Shown here: positions 1-11,746 of the stretch, one piece after another
How the letters are laid out: every line of letters starts with the position of its first letter
How positions within the stretch are numbered: position 1 is the stretch's first letter
Origin: Leptolyngbyaceae cyanobacterium
Lineage (GTDB): Bacteria; Cyanobacteriota; Cyanobacteriia; Phormidesmidales; Phormidesmidaceae
Assembly: GCA_965263355.1 (NCBI GenBank)
Contig: CBDHHL010000032.1
Span: 1,504,001-1,568,000 of the forward strand
Direction of reading: 5' to 3'
DNA length: 64,000 nucleotides
The notes under the pieces: generated by a model
What the model was told of the DNA's origin: nothing
Seen by the model: only the letters and a program-made list of their open reading frames with translations
The model's database searches: none
Made by a program: the position numbers and the translations under genes

Positions 1-889
1 TGACCTAGTTGGCTATGGTCAACATCCGCCCCACCCGCAATGGCCCAATAATGCTCGCTTAGCGCTACAGTTTGTGATCAACTATGAGGAAGGTGGCGAA
101 AACTGTATCCTCCATGGTGATCCAGCATCTGAGGCGTTTCTGTCTGAAACCGTTGGCGCGACGCCACTACCAGGGGTGCGCAATATCAATATGGAGTCCA
201 TGTATGAGTACGGTAGCCGAGCGGGTTTTTGGCGATTGCATCGGCTCTTTACCCAGCGTAACCTACCAGTCACAGTCTATGCGGTGGCCATGGCCCTGGA
301 GCGTAATCCTGACGCTGGTAAAGCCATGGTAGCGGCTGGTTGGGAAGTCGCCAGCCATGGCTATCGTTGGATTGATTATCAATATGTGGGCGAAGATACT
401 GAACGGGAGCATATTCGTAAAGCGATTGAGATTCACACCCAGGTAATTGGCAGTCGACCCCTGGGGTTTTACCAGGGACGCCTGAGCCCTAACACCCGCC
501 GTCTTGTGGTTGAAGAAGGGGGCTTTCTCTACGATGCCGATAGCTATGCTGATGACCTGCCCTACTGGAATACAGACTATGGCCGTTCCCATTTGGTGAT
601 TCCTTACACCCTGGACAATAACGATATGCGGTTTGCCACCTATCAGGGGTTTAACTCAGGCGATCAGTTTTTTACCTATCTAAAGGATGCCTTTGATATG
701 CTTTATACCGAGGGAGAAACGGCTCCGAAGATGATGAGTGTCGGTTTGCATTGTCGACTTTCGGGGCGGCCCGGACGAGCGGCGTCATTAGGTCGATTTT
801 TGGATTATGTGATGGGCCATGAGGATGTGTGGGTCTGTCGACGGGTGGAGATTGCGCGGCATTGGTATGACCATCATCACCCCCTGTAG
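1..889 (+). CDS. puuE: Allantoinase PuuE (polysaccharide deacetylase fold), 5' end lies outside the window
   Basis: Frame is open from the window start (DLVGYGQHPPHPQWPNNARLALQFVINYEEGGE); motifs ESMYEYGSRAGFWRL, SHGYRW, PYTLDNND, SVGLHCRL. Confidence 0.9.
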   Translation, partial: DLVGYGQHPPHPQWPNNARLALQFVINYEEGGENCILHGDPASEAFLSETVGATPLPGVRNINMESMYEYGSRAGFWRLHRLFTQRNLPVTVYAVAMALERNPDAGKAMVAAGWEVASHGYRWIDYQYVGEDTEREHIRKAIEIHTQVIGSRPLGFYQGRLSPNTRRLVVEEGGFLYDADSYADDLPYWNTDYGRSHLVIPYTLDNNDMRFATYQGFNSGDQFFTYLKDAFDMLYTEGETAPKMMSVGLHCRLSGRPGRAASLGRFLDYVMGHEDVWVCRRVEIARHWYDHHHPL

Positions 890-920
890 GGGCGTTGCCC
901 CCTACGTTTTGTAACGTAGG
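886..920. repeat. GTAG-type REP-like palindrome(s) after puuE
   Basis: GTAGGGGCGTTGCCCCCTAC followed by CCTACGTT-TTGT-AACGTAGG. Confidence 0.6.
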
Positions 921-984
921 ATCTATCCATTGCTTGAAATCAAAATAGTATATTTGTATTGTCTTGATTTTGGAGACGACACCT

Positions 985-1767
985 ATGGGAATTCGAGATA
1001 GCTACGAAAATGGTGTGTTCAGCTGGGTGGATTTGATCACCAGTGAACAGGAATCTGCAAAGCAGTTCTATGCAGAACTCTTTGGTTGGACCTTTCAGGA
1101 TATGCCAACGGATATGGGTGGGGTGTATTCGATGGCGTTTAAGAGCGATCGCAGCGTAGCCGCTATCTCTGCCATACCGCCCAATGTAGAAAGGCCCCCC
1201 TGCTGGCAAAGCTATATCACTGTCAAAGATTTAGATGCCACAGTTCAAAGCTGGCAGGATCATGGCGGAACGGTTGAAATGGCTCCCTATGATGTAATGG
1301 ATGCAGGGCGCATGGCAGTGGTACAGGATCCCACAGGGGCGGTTGTCAGTCTCTGGCAGGCCAAAGGCCATATTGGGGCAGGGCTGGTCAATGAAGTGAA
1401 TACATTCTGTTGGACAGAACTGCAAACCCGAGGCGCGGATAAGGCGGCGGACTTTTATAGGGCTGTTTTTGGTTGGGAACTGGAGGTGGATGAGAAACCA
1501 CCGAATTATATCTCAACTAAAGTAAAGGGACGCTACAACTGTGGCATGTTCGATATGGATAAGGCGAATTTGCCTGCAGAGATTCCGTCTACCTGGGCGG
1601 TGTATTTTAATGTGGCTGATTTAGATGCATCTCTGGCAACGGTGAATCGCCTTGGTGGCAAGGCATTGATGGAACCGATAGAGATTGAGCCGGGGCGGTT
1701 TACAACAATTATGGATCCTCAAGGCGCAACCGTTGCCTTGATGCAGGTAAATAATCCGGACGATTGA
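985..1767 (+). CDS. VOC-family (glyoxalase/bleomycin-resistance) two-domain protein
   Basis: Two repeats (WVDL...FYAELFGW...QDPTGA and WTEL...FYRAVFGW...DPQGA); ATG 985 follows GGAG. Confidence 0.85.
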   Translation: MGIRDSYENGVFSWVDLITSEQESAKQFYAELFGWTFQDMPTDMGGVYSMAFKSDRSVAAISAIPPNVERPPCWQSYITVKDLDATVQSWQDHGGTVEMAPYDVMDAGRMAVVQDPTGAVVSLWQAKGHIGAGLVNEVNTFCWTELQTRGADKAADFYRAVFGWELEVDEKPPNYISTKVKGRYNCGMFDMDKANLPAEIPSTWAVYFNVADLDASLATVNRLGGKALMEPIEIEPGRFTTIMDPQGATVALMQVNNPDD

Positions 1768-2093
1768 AACTTCCTTGTCTCATAAACAATATTTGGTTGG
1801 AATTTGTTCTCGATAACTGTTCCGGTTGAGCGATTGCAGACTATCTGTGCCGCATCACCAAAAACTTAAATCAGTCCGCTCCAACCGGATTGGAGACAGC
1901 AATTGAGGTTTCTATTAAAGAATCTCCTCACTTTAACGACTATTGTTTGAGATACCAAATTTGCCTTGTGATCAGCCATTCTTCCGAGTTCTCTCTATGG
2001 AGAAGCCAGATCTTTGTGGTTTTGAACGAAATTGATCGTCGATTTGTAAAGCATCAAGCATATAAATCTGCTTGAAAACTTAAAGAACAATTC

Positions 2094-2133
2094 TAGCTTT
2101 CTATAGGGGCAGCATTGCCCCTATAGAAAGCTA
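2094..2133. repeat. Perfect 18-bp-stem palindrome, REP-like
   Basis: TAGCTTTCTATAGGGGCA-GCAT-TGCCCCTATAGAAAGCTA. Confidence 0.7.
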
Positions 2134-2192
2134 TGCTGTTGAGCGCCATCTGTATCTGGGTTTACTGAAGTCTGTACGACACAGAGCCGCTT

Positions 2193-3179
2193 ATGTCTGT
2201 TACACTCCGTTCCCTGGCTTCTGATATCGGATTTCAAGTCGGTGGTGCTATCAGTGTTAGTCACCTTGATATTCCAGAATACCAGGCCATTGCTAGCAAG
2301 TACTTCAATTTGCTGGTGTCGATGGGCGATTTCAAAATCCATAATATCCGTCCTACCTTAACCGACTGGACTTTTGAAAAAGCAGATCGATTAGTTGCCT
2401 TTGCTGAAGCCAATGACCAAGCCATACGGGGTCACACCCTATGCTGGCACTTGGCCTGTAGCGACTGGATGAAGACCTTGGAAGGCCCAGATCTGGAGCG
2501 AACTCTGCGAGAGTTCATCATGGAGATGGTGGGCCGCTACCGTGGTCGGGTAGCTACCTGGGATGTAGTCAATGAAGCTATTAATGATCACGGACGTCCT
2601 CGCCCATCGGTATGGAGGAAGATTGAAAACTTTATTCCTAAATGCTTCCAGTGGGCCCATGAAGCTGATCCAGATGCTGAATTGTTGTACCTGGACTATC
2701 GGGTCCACACCGTAGGCCGCTGGAAAGCCATTGCCAAAATGGTTCGAGAACTCAAATCAATCGGTATTCCCATCCATGGTGTCGGCATGCAGCTGCATCA
2801 TGATGTTATGCGCTCCCTGGCCATTAGTACCCTGCGATTAGAAGGGGCCATCCGCGACCTTAAAGCCTTAGGTGTCAATGTTCACCTGTGTGAAATTACT
2901 GTAGGTTTAGATCCTAAAGCTCAGGTACTGCCTACGGTTATGGCATCTCAACTCCATGCCCAGGCCTATCGACAAATTGCCCAAGCGGCTCTAAACAGTG
3001 GGGCTAATAGCATGACCATCTGGAATCCTTACGACAAACATATTAAACACGTATTTTGTGAGACGATGCCTGGACTTTTTGATGATGCCTATCAACCTAA
3101 GCCTGCTTACCATGCCCTGGTTGACGTTTTCTCCCAACGTTCAGTAGCAGTGCATCGTCAAGATAAAAATGCGGATTAG
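2193..3179 (+). CDS. Glycoside hydrolase family 10 (endo-1,4-beta-xylanase-like), no signal peptide
   Basis: RGHTLCWH, WDVVNEA (acid/base Glu), GVGMQLH, LFDDAYQPKPAY. Confidence 0.85.
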   Translation: MSVTLRSLASDIGFQVGGAISVSHLDIPEYQAIASKYFNLLVSMGDFKIHNIRPTLTDWTFEKADRLVAFAEANDQAIRGHTLCWHLACSDWMKTLEGPDLERTLREFIMEMVGRYRGRVATWDVVNEAINDHGRPRPSVWRKIENFIPKCFQWAHEADPDAELLYLDYRVHTVGRWKAIAKMVRELKSIGIPIHGVGMQLHHDVMRSLAISTLRLEGAIRDLKALGVNVHLCEITVGLDPKAQVLPTVMASQLHAQAYRQIAQAALNSGANSMTIWNPYDKHIKHVFCETMPGLFDDAYQPKPAYHALVDVFSQRSVAVHRQDKNAD

Positions 3180-3315
3180 CGAGAGCGTTCCGACAGGCTG
3201 TGTAAAGGGTTCTGTTAATCTTCCCGAATTCTTCCCGAATTTTTCCTAAAAAACTTCATGTGTTTGCTCTAACCTGCTGCCAATTACACATCCTTATCAG
3301 CGAAGGAGTCAGGCA

Positions 3316-5004
3316 ATGCGGCGACGAGACCTACTAAAACGCGGTACAGCATTTACCGGGGGCGTATCCCTGGCAGCCCTTATTAATGCCTGTGGTTCAC
3401 CGAAGCCCACCGCTGAGTCAACTGAAGAAAAACCTGTTGTTGAGGCTGAAAAAAGTTCTGAACCTGCCGTACTGACAGTAGTCCAAGGTGGTGGTTTCCC
3501 CAATGGCCTGGACCTTCACCAGGTCGGTACCAACCGCCCCTCTTACGGTATCTCCTGGTGCCTCTACGATCGCCTCGTCACCTTTGGCACCAAAACCCTG
3601 GATGATGGCTCCCTCTCCTATGACTACACCGTCATCGAACCAGAGCTGGCCGAATCCTGGACCGTCGCTGACGATGGCCTATCAGTCACCTTTAACCTGC
3701 GTAAGGACGCCACTTTCCACGATGGCACTCCCGTCACTGCCAAGGACGTGAAATGGTCCTACGACCGGGCCGTGTCCGTCGGCGGGTTTCCCTCATTCCA
3801 AATGAAAGCTGGAGCCCTGGAAAATCCAGAACAGTTTGAGGTGGTAGATGACAATACCTTTAAGGTGAACTTCCTACGTAAGGATAAGCTCACTCTGATG
3901 GATATGGCGGTACCGATTCCCGCCATTATGAACTCTGCTCTGATTGAACCCAACGTTACTGAAGAAGACCCTTGGGGCCTGGAATGGACTAATGCCAACC
4001 CCACTGGCAGTGGAGCCTACAAGCTGGATACCTTTAAGCCAGAAGAAAGGGTGGTCTTGGTGCGCAACGATGATTGGAAATCAGGCCCTGTCCCCGCCAT
4101 TGAAAAGATTATTTGGCTAAATGTGCCTGAAGCAGGCAACCGCCGTGCCCTGCTAGAAAAGGGTGACGTGGACATTAACTATGTAGTATCTGAGAAAGAC
4201 ATTAGTGAACTCAAGGCCACGGGCAAGTATACGGTTGTTTCCACACCGATTGAGAACTGTCTCTACACTGTTGACCTCAATAGTCAGCCAGAACTGGACG
4301 GTACCCCCAACCCCTTTAGTGATGTGAAGGTGCGGCAGGCAGTGGCCTACGCCATGCCCTACGATGCCATTGTGGATACTGCTCTTTATGGCGAGTGTGT
4401 CAAAATGTATGGGGGGGAGAGTTTTGAGCCAAAAACCATTGATTGGCCTCAGCCATACCCTTACAGTACTGACATGGCCAAGGCGAAGGAACTTATGGCC
4501 GAGTCAGGCTACCCCGATGGCTTTGATACGACGTTGGCGTTTAATTTGGGGACTCAAGAATGGGCAGAACCGTTCTGTGTATTAGTGAAAGAGTCTCTGG
4601 CAGAGATTGGTATTAATGCCACCTTGGAGAAAGTACCGGGATCTAATTTCCGGGCAGTGCTGGTGGAAAAGAATCGCCCGATGATTGTGAACAACTTTGG
4701 CGGTTGGCTTAATTATCCTGATTATTTCTTCTTCTATTCTTACCATGGGCAAAATGCCACCTTTAATGGTAGCTCCTATCAGAATCCGGAGTTAGATACG
4801 TTGGTGGATAAGGCGTTGGCTACAGAGCCAGGAGATCCAGACTATGAGAAGAGTGTCAAAGGGTTCTTGAAGATTGCGTTTGAAGAGATGCCCCGGATTG
4901 TGGTGGCACAGCCCTATTTGTCGGTGGCGATGCAACCTGGGGTGAGTGGGTATCAGTATTGGTTCCACCGACAGTTGGATTATCGACAGTTGAAGAAGGC
5001 TTAG
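3316..5004 (+). CDS. ABC transporter substrate-binding protein, family 5 (peptide/nickel); Tat-type lipoprotein
   Basis: RRRDLLK twin-Arg motif, LINAC lipobox, PELAESW, FHDGTPVTAKDV. Confidence 0.9.
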   Translation: MRRRDLLKRGTAFTGGVSLAALINACGSPKPTAESTEEKPVVEAEKSSEPAVLTVVQGGGFPNGLDLHQVGTNRPSYGISWCLYDRLVTFGTKTLDDGSLSYDYTVIEPELAESWTVADDGLSVTFNLRKDATFHDGTPVTAKDVKWSYDRAVSVGGFPSFQMKAGALENPEQFEVVDDNTFKVNFLRKDKLTLMDMAVPIPAIMNSALIEPNVTEEDPWGLEWTNANPTGSGAYKLDTFKPEERVVLVRNDDWKSGPVPAIEKIIWLNVPEAGNRRALLEKGDVDINYVVSEKDISELKATGKYTVVSTPIENCLYTVDLNSQPELDGTPNPFSDVKVRQAVAYAMPYDAIVDTALYGECVKMYGGESFEPKTIDWPQPYPYSTDMAKAKELMAESGYPDGFDTTLAFNLGTQEWAEPFCVLVKESLAEIGINATLEKVPGSNFRAVLVEKNRPMIVNNFGGWLNYPDYFFFYSYHGQNATFNGSSYQNPELDTLVDKALATEPGDPDYEKSVKGFLKIAFEEMPRIVVAQPYLSVAMQPGVSGYQYWFHRQLDYRQLKKA

Positions 5005-5031
5005 GCCGAGTATATTGAGCCATTGTCCTGC

Positions 5032-5127
5032 ACTCCCCTCTCGGGAGGGGTGCCCTTTGGGCGGGGTGGGTTTCGGTAACTTGCGCCAGTGGTCACCCAC
5101 CCCTGCGCCCCTCCCAAGAGGGGAAGT
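5032..5127. repeat. Intergenic palindromic element; related copy at about 59692
   Basis: CCCCTCTCGGGAGGGGTGCC...GGCGGGGTGGGT...ACCCACCCC...CCCCTCCCAAGAGGGG. Confidence 0.65.
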
Positions 5128-5189
5128 TGAAGCAGTAATTCTTTTAAGTCAGAAGAATATATGAAGCTTGATTTCAAATTCCTCGTATT

Positions 5190-6214
5190 ATGTCTCGTCC
5201 TTCCACACTCTCCGTCGTCATCCGTCGAATCATCGCTGCGATTCCTAGCATTCTCGGCGTGATTATCGTCACGTTTGTGCTTACCCGTGCCCTGCCTGGT
5301 GACCCGGCAGCCTACTTTGCTGGACCGGCGGCTACACAAGAAGCGATTGATCAGATTCGAGAAACCTTGGGTCTAAATCGTAGTTTGCCTGCGCAGTTTT
5401 TTATCTATGTAGGAGAACTGCTTCGGGGGGACTTGGGTAATTCTTTGACCACAGGTCAAACCGTTGTCTCTGATTTACTTACGCGGCTGCCTGCTTCTCT
5501 GGAATTGACCCTCGCAGGGTTAATCTTCTCACTCACACTAGCCTTACCTTTAGGCATTCTGGCGGCTACTCGTCCTGGCTCATGGATAGATCATGGGGTA
5601 AGGGTCCTGGCTACTGCCGGGGTGTCACTGCCTACATTTTTTACGGGGTTGTTGCTAATCTATGTGTTTTATTTTCGTCTGGGTGTTGCGCCAGCGCCCC
5701 TGGGCAGGTTAGCGATTCTCTATTCTTCGCCTGATCAACTAACAGGGTTGTTTTTGGTGGATAGTTTGCTGGCTGGAGAATGGGAAACGTTTTGGGCGGC
5801 ATTGGGTCAGTTGATATTGCCTGCCGTTACCTTAGGACTGTTTGCCCTGGCTCCGTTAACGCGGGTTACGCGGGCATCTATGCTGAGTGTCTTGTCCAGT
5901 GATTTTATTCGTACTGCGAGGGCCAGTGGATTAGCACCCCATACGATTTTGTTTGGCTATGCGTTTCGTAATGCCATGTTGCCGGTGGTGACTACATTGG
6001 GGGTGGTGTTTTCTTTTTTGTTGGGGGCCAATGTGCTAGTAGAAAAGGTATTTGCTTGGCCAGGGATCGGTTCCTACGCGGTGTCTGCCCTAATTGCGTC
6101 AGACTATGCTGCAGTGCAGGGGTTTGTGCTGACCATGGCGCTGCTCTATGTGGTGCTCAATTTGTTGATTGATTTACTTTATACCGTGATTGATCCGCGT
6201 GCGGGAGTGGAGTC

Positions 6215-6218
<4 letters not shown>
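5190..6218 (+). CDS. ABC transporter permease (DppB/OppB-like)
   Basis: LPGDPA, TRASML...FIRTARASGL EAA loop, VEKVFAWPGIG. Confidence 0.92.
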
Positions 6219-7081
<863 letters not shown>

Positions 7082-7325
7082 AAATGAGATTTCTCCTATG
7101 CTTTAGGGATACCCTAGTACGCTGGGTCTTAGGGCGGCGTTCCGGCCCTAACCATGGGAAACCCCAGTATGCCTAATTGGGATAACGTGATTACTTCCGG
7201 AAAGGGAACTCGGAGGGACCCCAATCAGCCCACTCTCACTCCCCACTAAACCTTTAGGCTAACTTTCCATACAAAATTCTAACCAACAGTCTCTAGCCAG
7301 CAGTGGACTCGATGAAAACCAACTC

Positions 7326-8369
7326 ATGATCTCACCACTCACCACCACTACTACACCCGTCCAAACCTCCCTCCTGTCAGTACGCGATCTGTCAGTCGAA
7401 TTTCGCACCCGCACCGGTACTGTCAAAGCCCTAGAAAACATCAGTTTCCACATTGAAAAGGGTGAAACCCTTGGCATTGTTGGTGAGAGTGGTTCAGGTA
7501 AGTCTGTTCTTGCCCTGGCCATCCTGGGTATCCTCGACCGCGCAGGCCATGTGACCAACGGAGAAGTCCTCTGGAGTCAAAATTCAGAAACCTATAATCT
7601 CCTGAAGATGCCTGAAAAGAAACTACGACAGTTGCGAGGTAAGGAGCTGTCAATGATTTTTCAGAATCCTCGGGTGGCACTAAATCCCATTCGTAAAGTG
7701 GGTAAACAGCTGGTGGATGTGCTGCGCTGTCACTCAGATCTGCCCCGAAACCAGCTAAAGAAACGGGCTCTAGAATTACTGACCAGTGTGAAGATCCCTG
7801 ACCCGCAACAAAGATATGATGCCTACCCCTATGAGCTATCTGGTGGTCTGTGTCAGCGGATAATGATTGCTCTAGGGTTAGCCTGTTCACCCCAGTTACT
7901 AATTGCTGATGAGCCGACAACGGGGCTGGATGTAACTACCCAGGCGACTGTCATGAATCTGTTAAAAGACCTAGCAACAGAGCAACAGATGGCAACAGTG
8001 GTGATTACCCATGATTTGGCATTGGCATCGGAATATTGCGATCGCATTATCGTCATGCATGCTGGCCATGTGGTCGAAAGTGCCCCCACCCATCCCTTGT
8101 TTACACAGCCGCGTCATCCCTATACGGCGAAGTTAATTGCGGCAACCCCTGAACCACATAAAGGATTTGATGATTTGATTCCAATTTTGGGCAGTTTGCC
8201 TGATTTGCGACGGGAGGATTTGCCGCCTTGTCGGTTTATTGGTCGGTGTGATCGGGCGACTGAAAAATGTCGAAAGGAGGATCTTGCTTATCAGCAGGTT
8301 GGTGAGGACCATTGGGTGGGATGTTGGTATCCGTTAGAAAGAAAAATTAAAAATGCTGCAAGTTACTAA
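7326..8369 (+). CDS. ABC transporter ATP-binding protein (DppD/OppD-like)
   Basis: GESGSGKS, LSGG, LIADEPT, HPYT and a C-terminal Cys motif. Confidence 0.92.
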   Translation: MISPLTTTTTPVQTSLLSVRDLSVEFRTRTGTVKALENISFHIEKGETLGIVGESGSGKSVLALAILGILDRAGHVTNGEVLWSQNSETYNLLKMPEKKLRQLRGKELSMIFQNPRVALNPIRKVGKQLVDVLRCHSDLPRNQLKKRALELLTSVKIPDPQQRYDAYPYELSGGLCQRIMIALGLACSPQLLIADEPTTGLDVTTQATVMNLLKDLATEQQMATVVITHDLALASEYCDRIIVMHAGHVVESAPTHPLFTQPRHPYTAKLIAATPEPHKGFDDLIPILGSLPDLRREDLPPCRFIGRCDRATEKCRKEDLAYQQVGEDHWVGCWYPLERKIKNAASY

Positions 8370-9339
8370 TCTGACGAAACATTTTCCGGTTGCTGCTAAA
8401 ACACCTCATTGGTTTTCTAGCGGTAATCAAACGCAATATCTTCATGCGGTGGATGGTCTGGATTTAATGATTCAGCCGGGAGAGAGTGTGGGGTTGGTGG
8501 GGGAGTCGGGCTGTGGTAAATCTACCCTGATTCGGTTGATTTCGAGGTTGTTGGAGCCGACCAGCGGGTCAATTTTGTTTAATGGTACGGATATTGGCCA
8601 GGTATCTGTAGGAGACTTTGCCCACAGTACCCATCGGGCCAAACTGCAGATGGTGTTTCAGGATCCGAGCGATAGTTTGAATCCACGCTTTACGGCGTTT
8701 GATGCGATTACAGAGCCGATTCGGCGGTTGGGGTCTGGGCAGGATCGTCAAAGATTACAACAGAGAGCAACAGAATTAGCTCAACAGGTAGGACTGCCTC
8801 AGGAATTGCTTAGCCGATTTCCCCATCAGCTTTCGGGGGGACAAAAGGCACGGGTAGGAATTGCACGGGCGATTGCCCTAAATCCTACACTACTGATTTT
8901 GGATGAGCCGACGTCAGCCCTGGATGTGTCGGTGCAGGCAGTAATCTTACACCTGCTGGCGGATCTACGGGAGCAGATGAATATGAGCTATTTGTTTATT
9001 TCCCATGATTTGAATGTGGTCAGGCTGTTGTGCGATCGCATCCTGGTCATGTACTTGGGCAAACTCGTAGAAACAGGTCCCACGGATGATATTTTTAATC
9101 GTCCCAGACATCCCTATACCCAGGCGTTGATTTCTGCTATTCCTGCCTTTGAGGCCAATCCCCACCGGATTCCGCTGACGGGAGAACCGCGCAGTCCAAT
9201 TAATCCATCGCCCCACATTTGTCGTCTGTATGGCCGCTGTCCCCAGGGAGATGAGCGCTGCCAGCAAACGGCACCGACACTAGCCCCCGTTAACGACTAT
9301 CATCAGGTGGCCTGTCATTATCCTAATCCACCTAAATGA
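8353..9339 (+). CDS. ABC transporter ATP-binding protein (DppF/OppF-like)
   Basis: GESGCGKS, LSGGQ, ILDEPTSALD, HQVACH. Confidence 0.92.
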   Translation: MLQVTNLTKHFPVAAKTPHWFSSGNQTQYLHAVDGLDLMIQPGESVGLVGESGCGKSTLIRLISRLLEPTSGSILFNGTDIGQVSVGDFAHSTHRAKLQMVFQDPSDSLNPRFTAFDAITEPIRRLGSGQDRQRLQQRATELAQQVGLPQELLSRFPHQLSGGQKARVGIARAIALNPTLLILDEPTSALDVSVQAVILHLLADLREQMNMSYLFISHDLNVVRLLCDRILVMYLGKLVETGPTDDIFNRPRHPYTQALISAIPAFEANPHRIPLTGEPRSPINPSPHICRLYGRCPQGDERCQQTAPTLAPVNDYHQVACHYPNPPK

Positions 9340-10310
9340 CACCACTCCGCTCTGCCAAATTTCTGGGCATTGGCCTAGTACTGTTAAGCACCCTGGGTCT
9401 ATCTGTTCAAAATGTAGTTTTACGTCTGTTTTTTACACCAAGCCGGTTATTTGGTCAGATTCCCTTTGGTGGATTTGTGACGCCCTGGTTTAGTAATGTG
9501 GTACTACTGATGGCCATGCGCATGGCGGTGATGGCATTACTGCTGGCTGGGCTAACGCCCTGGTTATATCCGAAGACGGCTAGGGTATTGGGAGCATTGC
9601 CAAAGACACCTAAGCTGTTGGGCTCTGTTGTGGCCAGTGGGGTGTGTTTGTTTTTTGGGCTGATTTTGCTCTACACAGCCCTGAGTCAGGTGCCAGCGGG
9701 GATTGCGATCGCCACATTCTTTATTTATCCGGCCATTACAGTTTTGTTGGCTTGGCTATTTTTTCGTCAGGTTCCCCGTGCCTATCAGCTTTGGCTGATG
9801 GTGGTTATTTTTATGGGGGTAGCACTCACCTCGCTGACCACATCTACTGAACCTACAGCCAATCCATTGCTTGGGGGCATTTGTGCCCTTGGAGCTGGGC
9901 TGGGTTTCGGTCTATACGGCATTGTCGCTGAACTGTCGCTTAAGGGGCAGCCGGGCCTGCATCCAGTGCCTTTTTCATTGTGTGTATTTACAGTGGTAGC
10001 ACTTTTGGCTAGCCTAACGTTACCAGTCCTTCCGGAAATAACCATTGAACCAACAGTATGGCCGCAAGTCCTTGGGATGACGCTGTTTTCAGCCATACTT
10101 ACTCTGATTGCCTATATTTTGAATAACTCTGGCATTAGCTTAATTGGGGCATCATTAACAGCATTACTGAGTGCTAGTACACCTGCGTTAACGACGTTAT
10201 TTGCCTGGTGGATATTACAAGAGACATTGCAACAACAACAGATTGTTGGGATTGGGTTAGTGACAATCGGCGTGTCTATGCTGAGTTTAAAGTCTCGTCA
10301 TGCTGATTAA
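9336..10310 (+). CDS. DMT/EamA-family transporter
   Basis: About 10 hydrophobic helices in two EamA-like repeats (FFIYPAITVLLAW, PALTTLFAWWILQE). Confidence 0.85.
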   Translation: MTPLRSAKFLGIGLVLLSTLGLSVQNVVLRLFFTPSRLFGQIPFGGFVTPWFSNVVLLMAMRMAVMALLLAGLTPWLYPKTARVLGALPKTPKLLGSVVASGVCLFFGLILLYTALSQVPAGIAIATFFIYPAITVLLAWLFFRQVPRAYQLWLMVVIFMGVALTSLTTSTEPTANPLLGGICALGAGLGFGLYGIVAELSLKGQPGLHPVPFSLCVFTVVALLASLTLPVLPEITIEPTVWPQVLGMTLFSAILTLIAYILNNSGISLIGASLTALLSASTPALTTLFAWWILQETLQQQQIVGIGLVTIGVSMLSLKSRHAD

Positions 10311-11544
10311 TATGGTACATCAGACTCCCCGCTATGATTTGGTTGTTTTTGGTGCAACGGGTTTTGTTGGTCGTATTCTCTGTCAGTATTTGATAGCTCA
10401 AGTTGGGGTAAATGGCTCTGTGAAGTGGGCGATCGCAAGTCGTTCCCAGGCTAAGCTAGATGCCCTGGTGTCTACGTTGGAGACCAGCAGCAGTCTGCCC
10501 CAGATCATTGCAGACGTTTCTGATGAGGCTAGCCTACGGGACCTGTGCGTCCAAACCCAGGTTGTTATCTCCACCGTTGGTCCCTACGCTCTGTATGGTG
10601 AACCGCTGGTTAAGGTTTGTGCGGAGACTGGCACCGACTATTGTGATCTGACCGGGGAACCTCAGTGGATTCGCCAGATGATTCAGCGGTACAGTGCCAC
10701 TGCTGAGCAATCCGGGGCACGGATTATCCATTGCTGTGGATTTGACTCGATTCCATCTGACCTGGGGGTTTATTATTTGCAGCAGCAGGCAAAACAAACG
10801 TTTGGGCAATGGTGCGATCGCATCAAAATGCGGGTAAACGCTGTTCAAGGTGGCCTCTCGGGGGGGACCGCTGCCAGTGGCATTAATTTGGTGAAAGAAG
10901 CCAGTGTCGATCCGGCCCTGCGCCAGGAATTGGATAATCCCTATTCCCTTTGCCCAGATAGCAGTCAGTTTGTGGAGCATCCCCCGACGCTGGTTCCCGT
11001 GCAGTACGATCCAGACTTTCAAGGGTGGGTGTCATCCTTTGTGATGGCAGGTATTAATACCCGCATAGTGCTGCGGTCCAATGCCCTGCTGGATTATCCT
11101 TACGGCAAACAGTTTCAGTATGACGAGGCCGTATTGACCGGGCCTAATGCTACAGGCTGGCTGGCAGCCCAGGGCTCTAATATCAGTTTAGGTGGTATAG
11201 CGGCAGCCATAGCGTTCCCACCGACACGCTGGCTATTGGAGAATACGCTACTTCCTAAGCCGGGGGAAGGACCGAGTCAGGCAGCCCAGGAGCAGGGATT
11301 TTATGATTTACGCTTCTGGGGTACGACTGCCGAGGGACAAACTATTCGGGTTAAGGTGACAGGAGATCGCGACCCAGGCTATGGATCAACTGCCAAGATT
11401 TTGGGCCAGGCAGGGCTGTGTTTGGCTGAGGATTTTCCCTTGTCTGTTAAAGCAGGGGGATTTTGGACCCCCGCGACAATGTTTGGTGAGGTTTTGATTG
11501 ACCGTTTGAGAAAAGCAGCCGGATTGACGTTTGAATTGTACTGA
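10300..11544 (+). CDS. Saccharopine dehydrogenase-like / trans-acting enoyl reductase family oxidoreductase
   Basis: FGATGFVG, STVGPY, DYCDLTGE, CGFDSIPSDLG, DPGYGSTAK. Confidence 0.88.
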   Translation: MLINMVHQTPRYDLVVFGATGFVGRILCQYLIAQVGVNGSVKWAIASRSQAKLDALVSTLETSSSLPQIIADVSDEASLRDLCVQTQVVISTVGPYALYGEPLVKVCAETGTDYCDLTGEPQWIRQMIQRYSATAEQSGARIIHCCGFDSIPSDLGVYYLQQQAKQTFGQWCDRIKMRVNAVQGGLSGGTAASGINLVKEASVDPALRQELDNPYSLCPDSSQFVEHPPTLVPVQYDPDFQGWVSSFVMAGINTRIVLRSNALLDYPYGKQFQYDEAVLTGPNATGWLAAQGSNISLGGIAAAIAFPPTRWLLENTLLPKPGEGPSQAAQEQGFYDLRFWGTTAEGQTIRVKVTGDRDPGYGSTAKILGQAGLCLAEDFPLSVKAGGFWTPATMFGEVLIDRLRKAAGLTFELY

Positions 11545-11626
11545 CTCGTATGGTCAAGCAAAGCCTAGGAGTAGCTTGCTATCTAAGTAAATCCAGAGAT
11601 CCCCCAAAGAAATCGCCCTAACCACT

Positions 11627-11746
11627 ATGCAAACGGTAGCCAATGGGATTCTACAAACCCAAGCTGAAGAAATCGCTCAAATGGAACAATGGCAATGCGA
11701 TTGGTACGGAAAACAGGTCAGCCAACCCAAGACTACTAAGGGATAA
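11627..11746 (+). pseudogene. C-terminal remnant of a DUF305 (CopM-like) gene
   Basis: MQTVANGILQTQAEEIAQMEQWQCDWYG resembles the DUF305 helix (I..Q..EI.QM..W...WY); its TAA overlaps the next ATG (TAATG). Confidence 0.55.
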
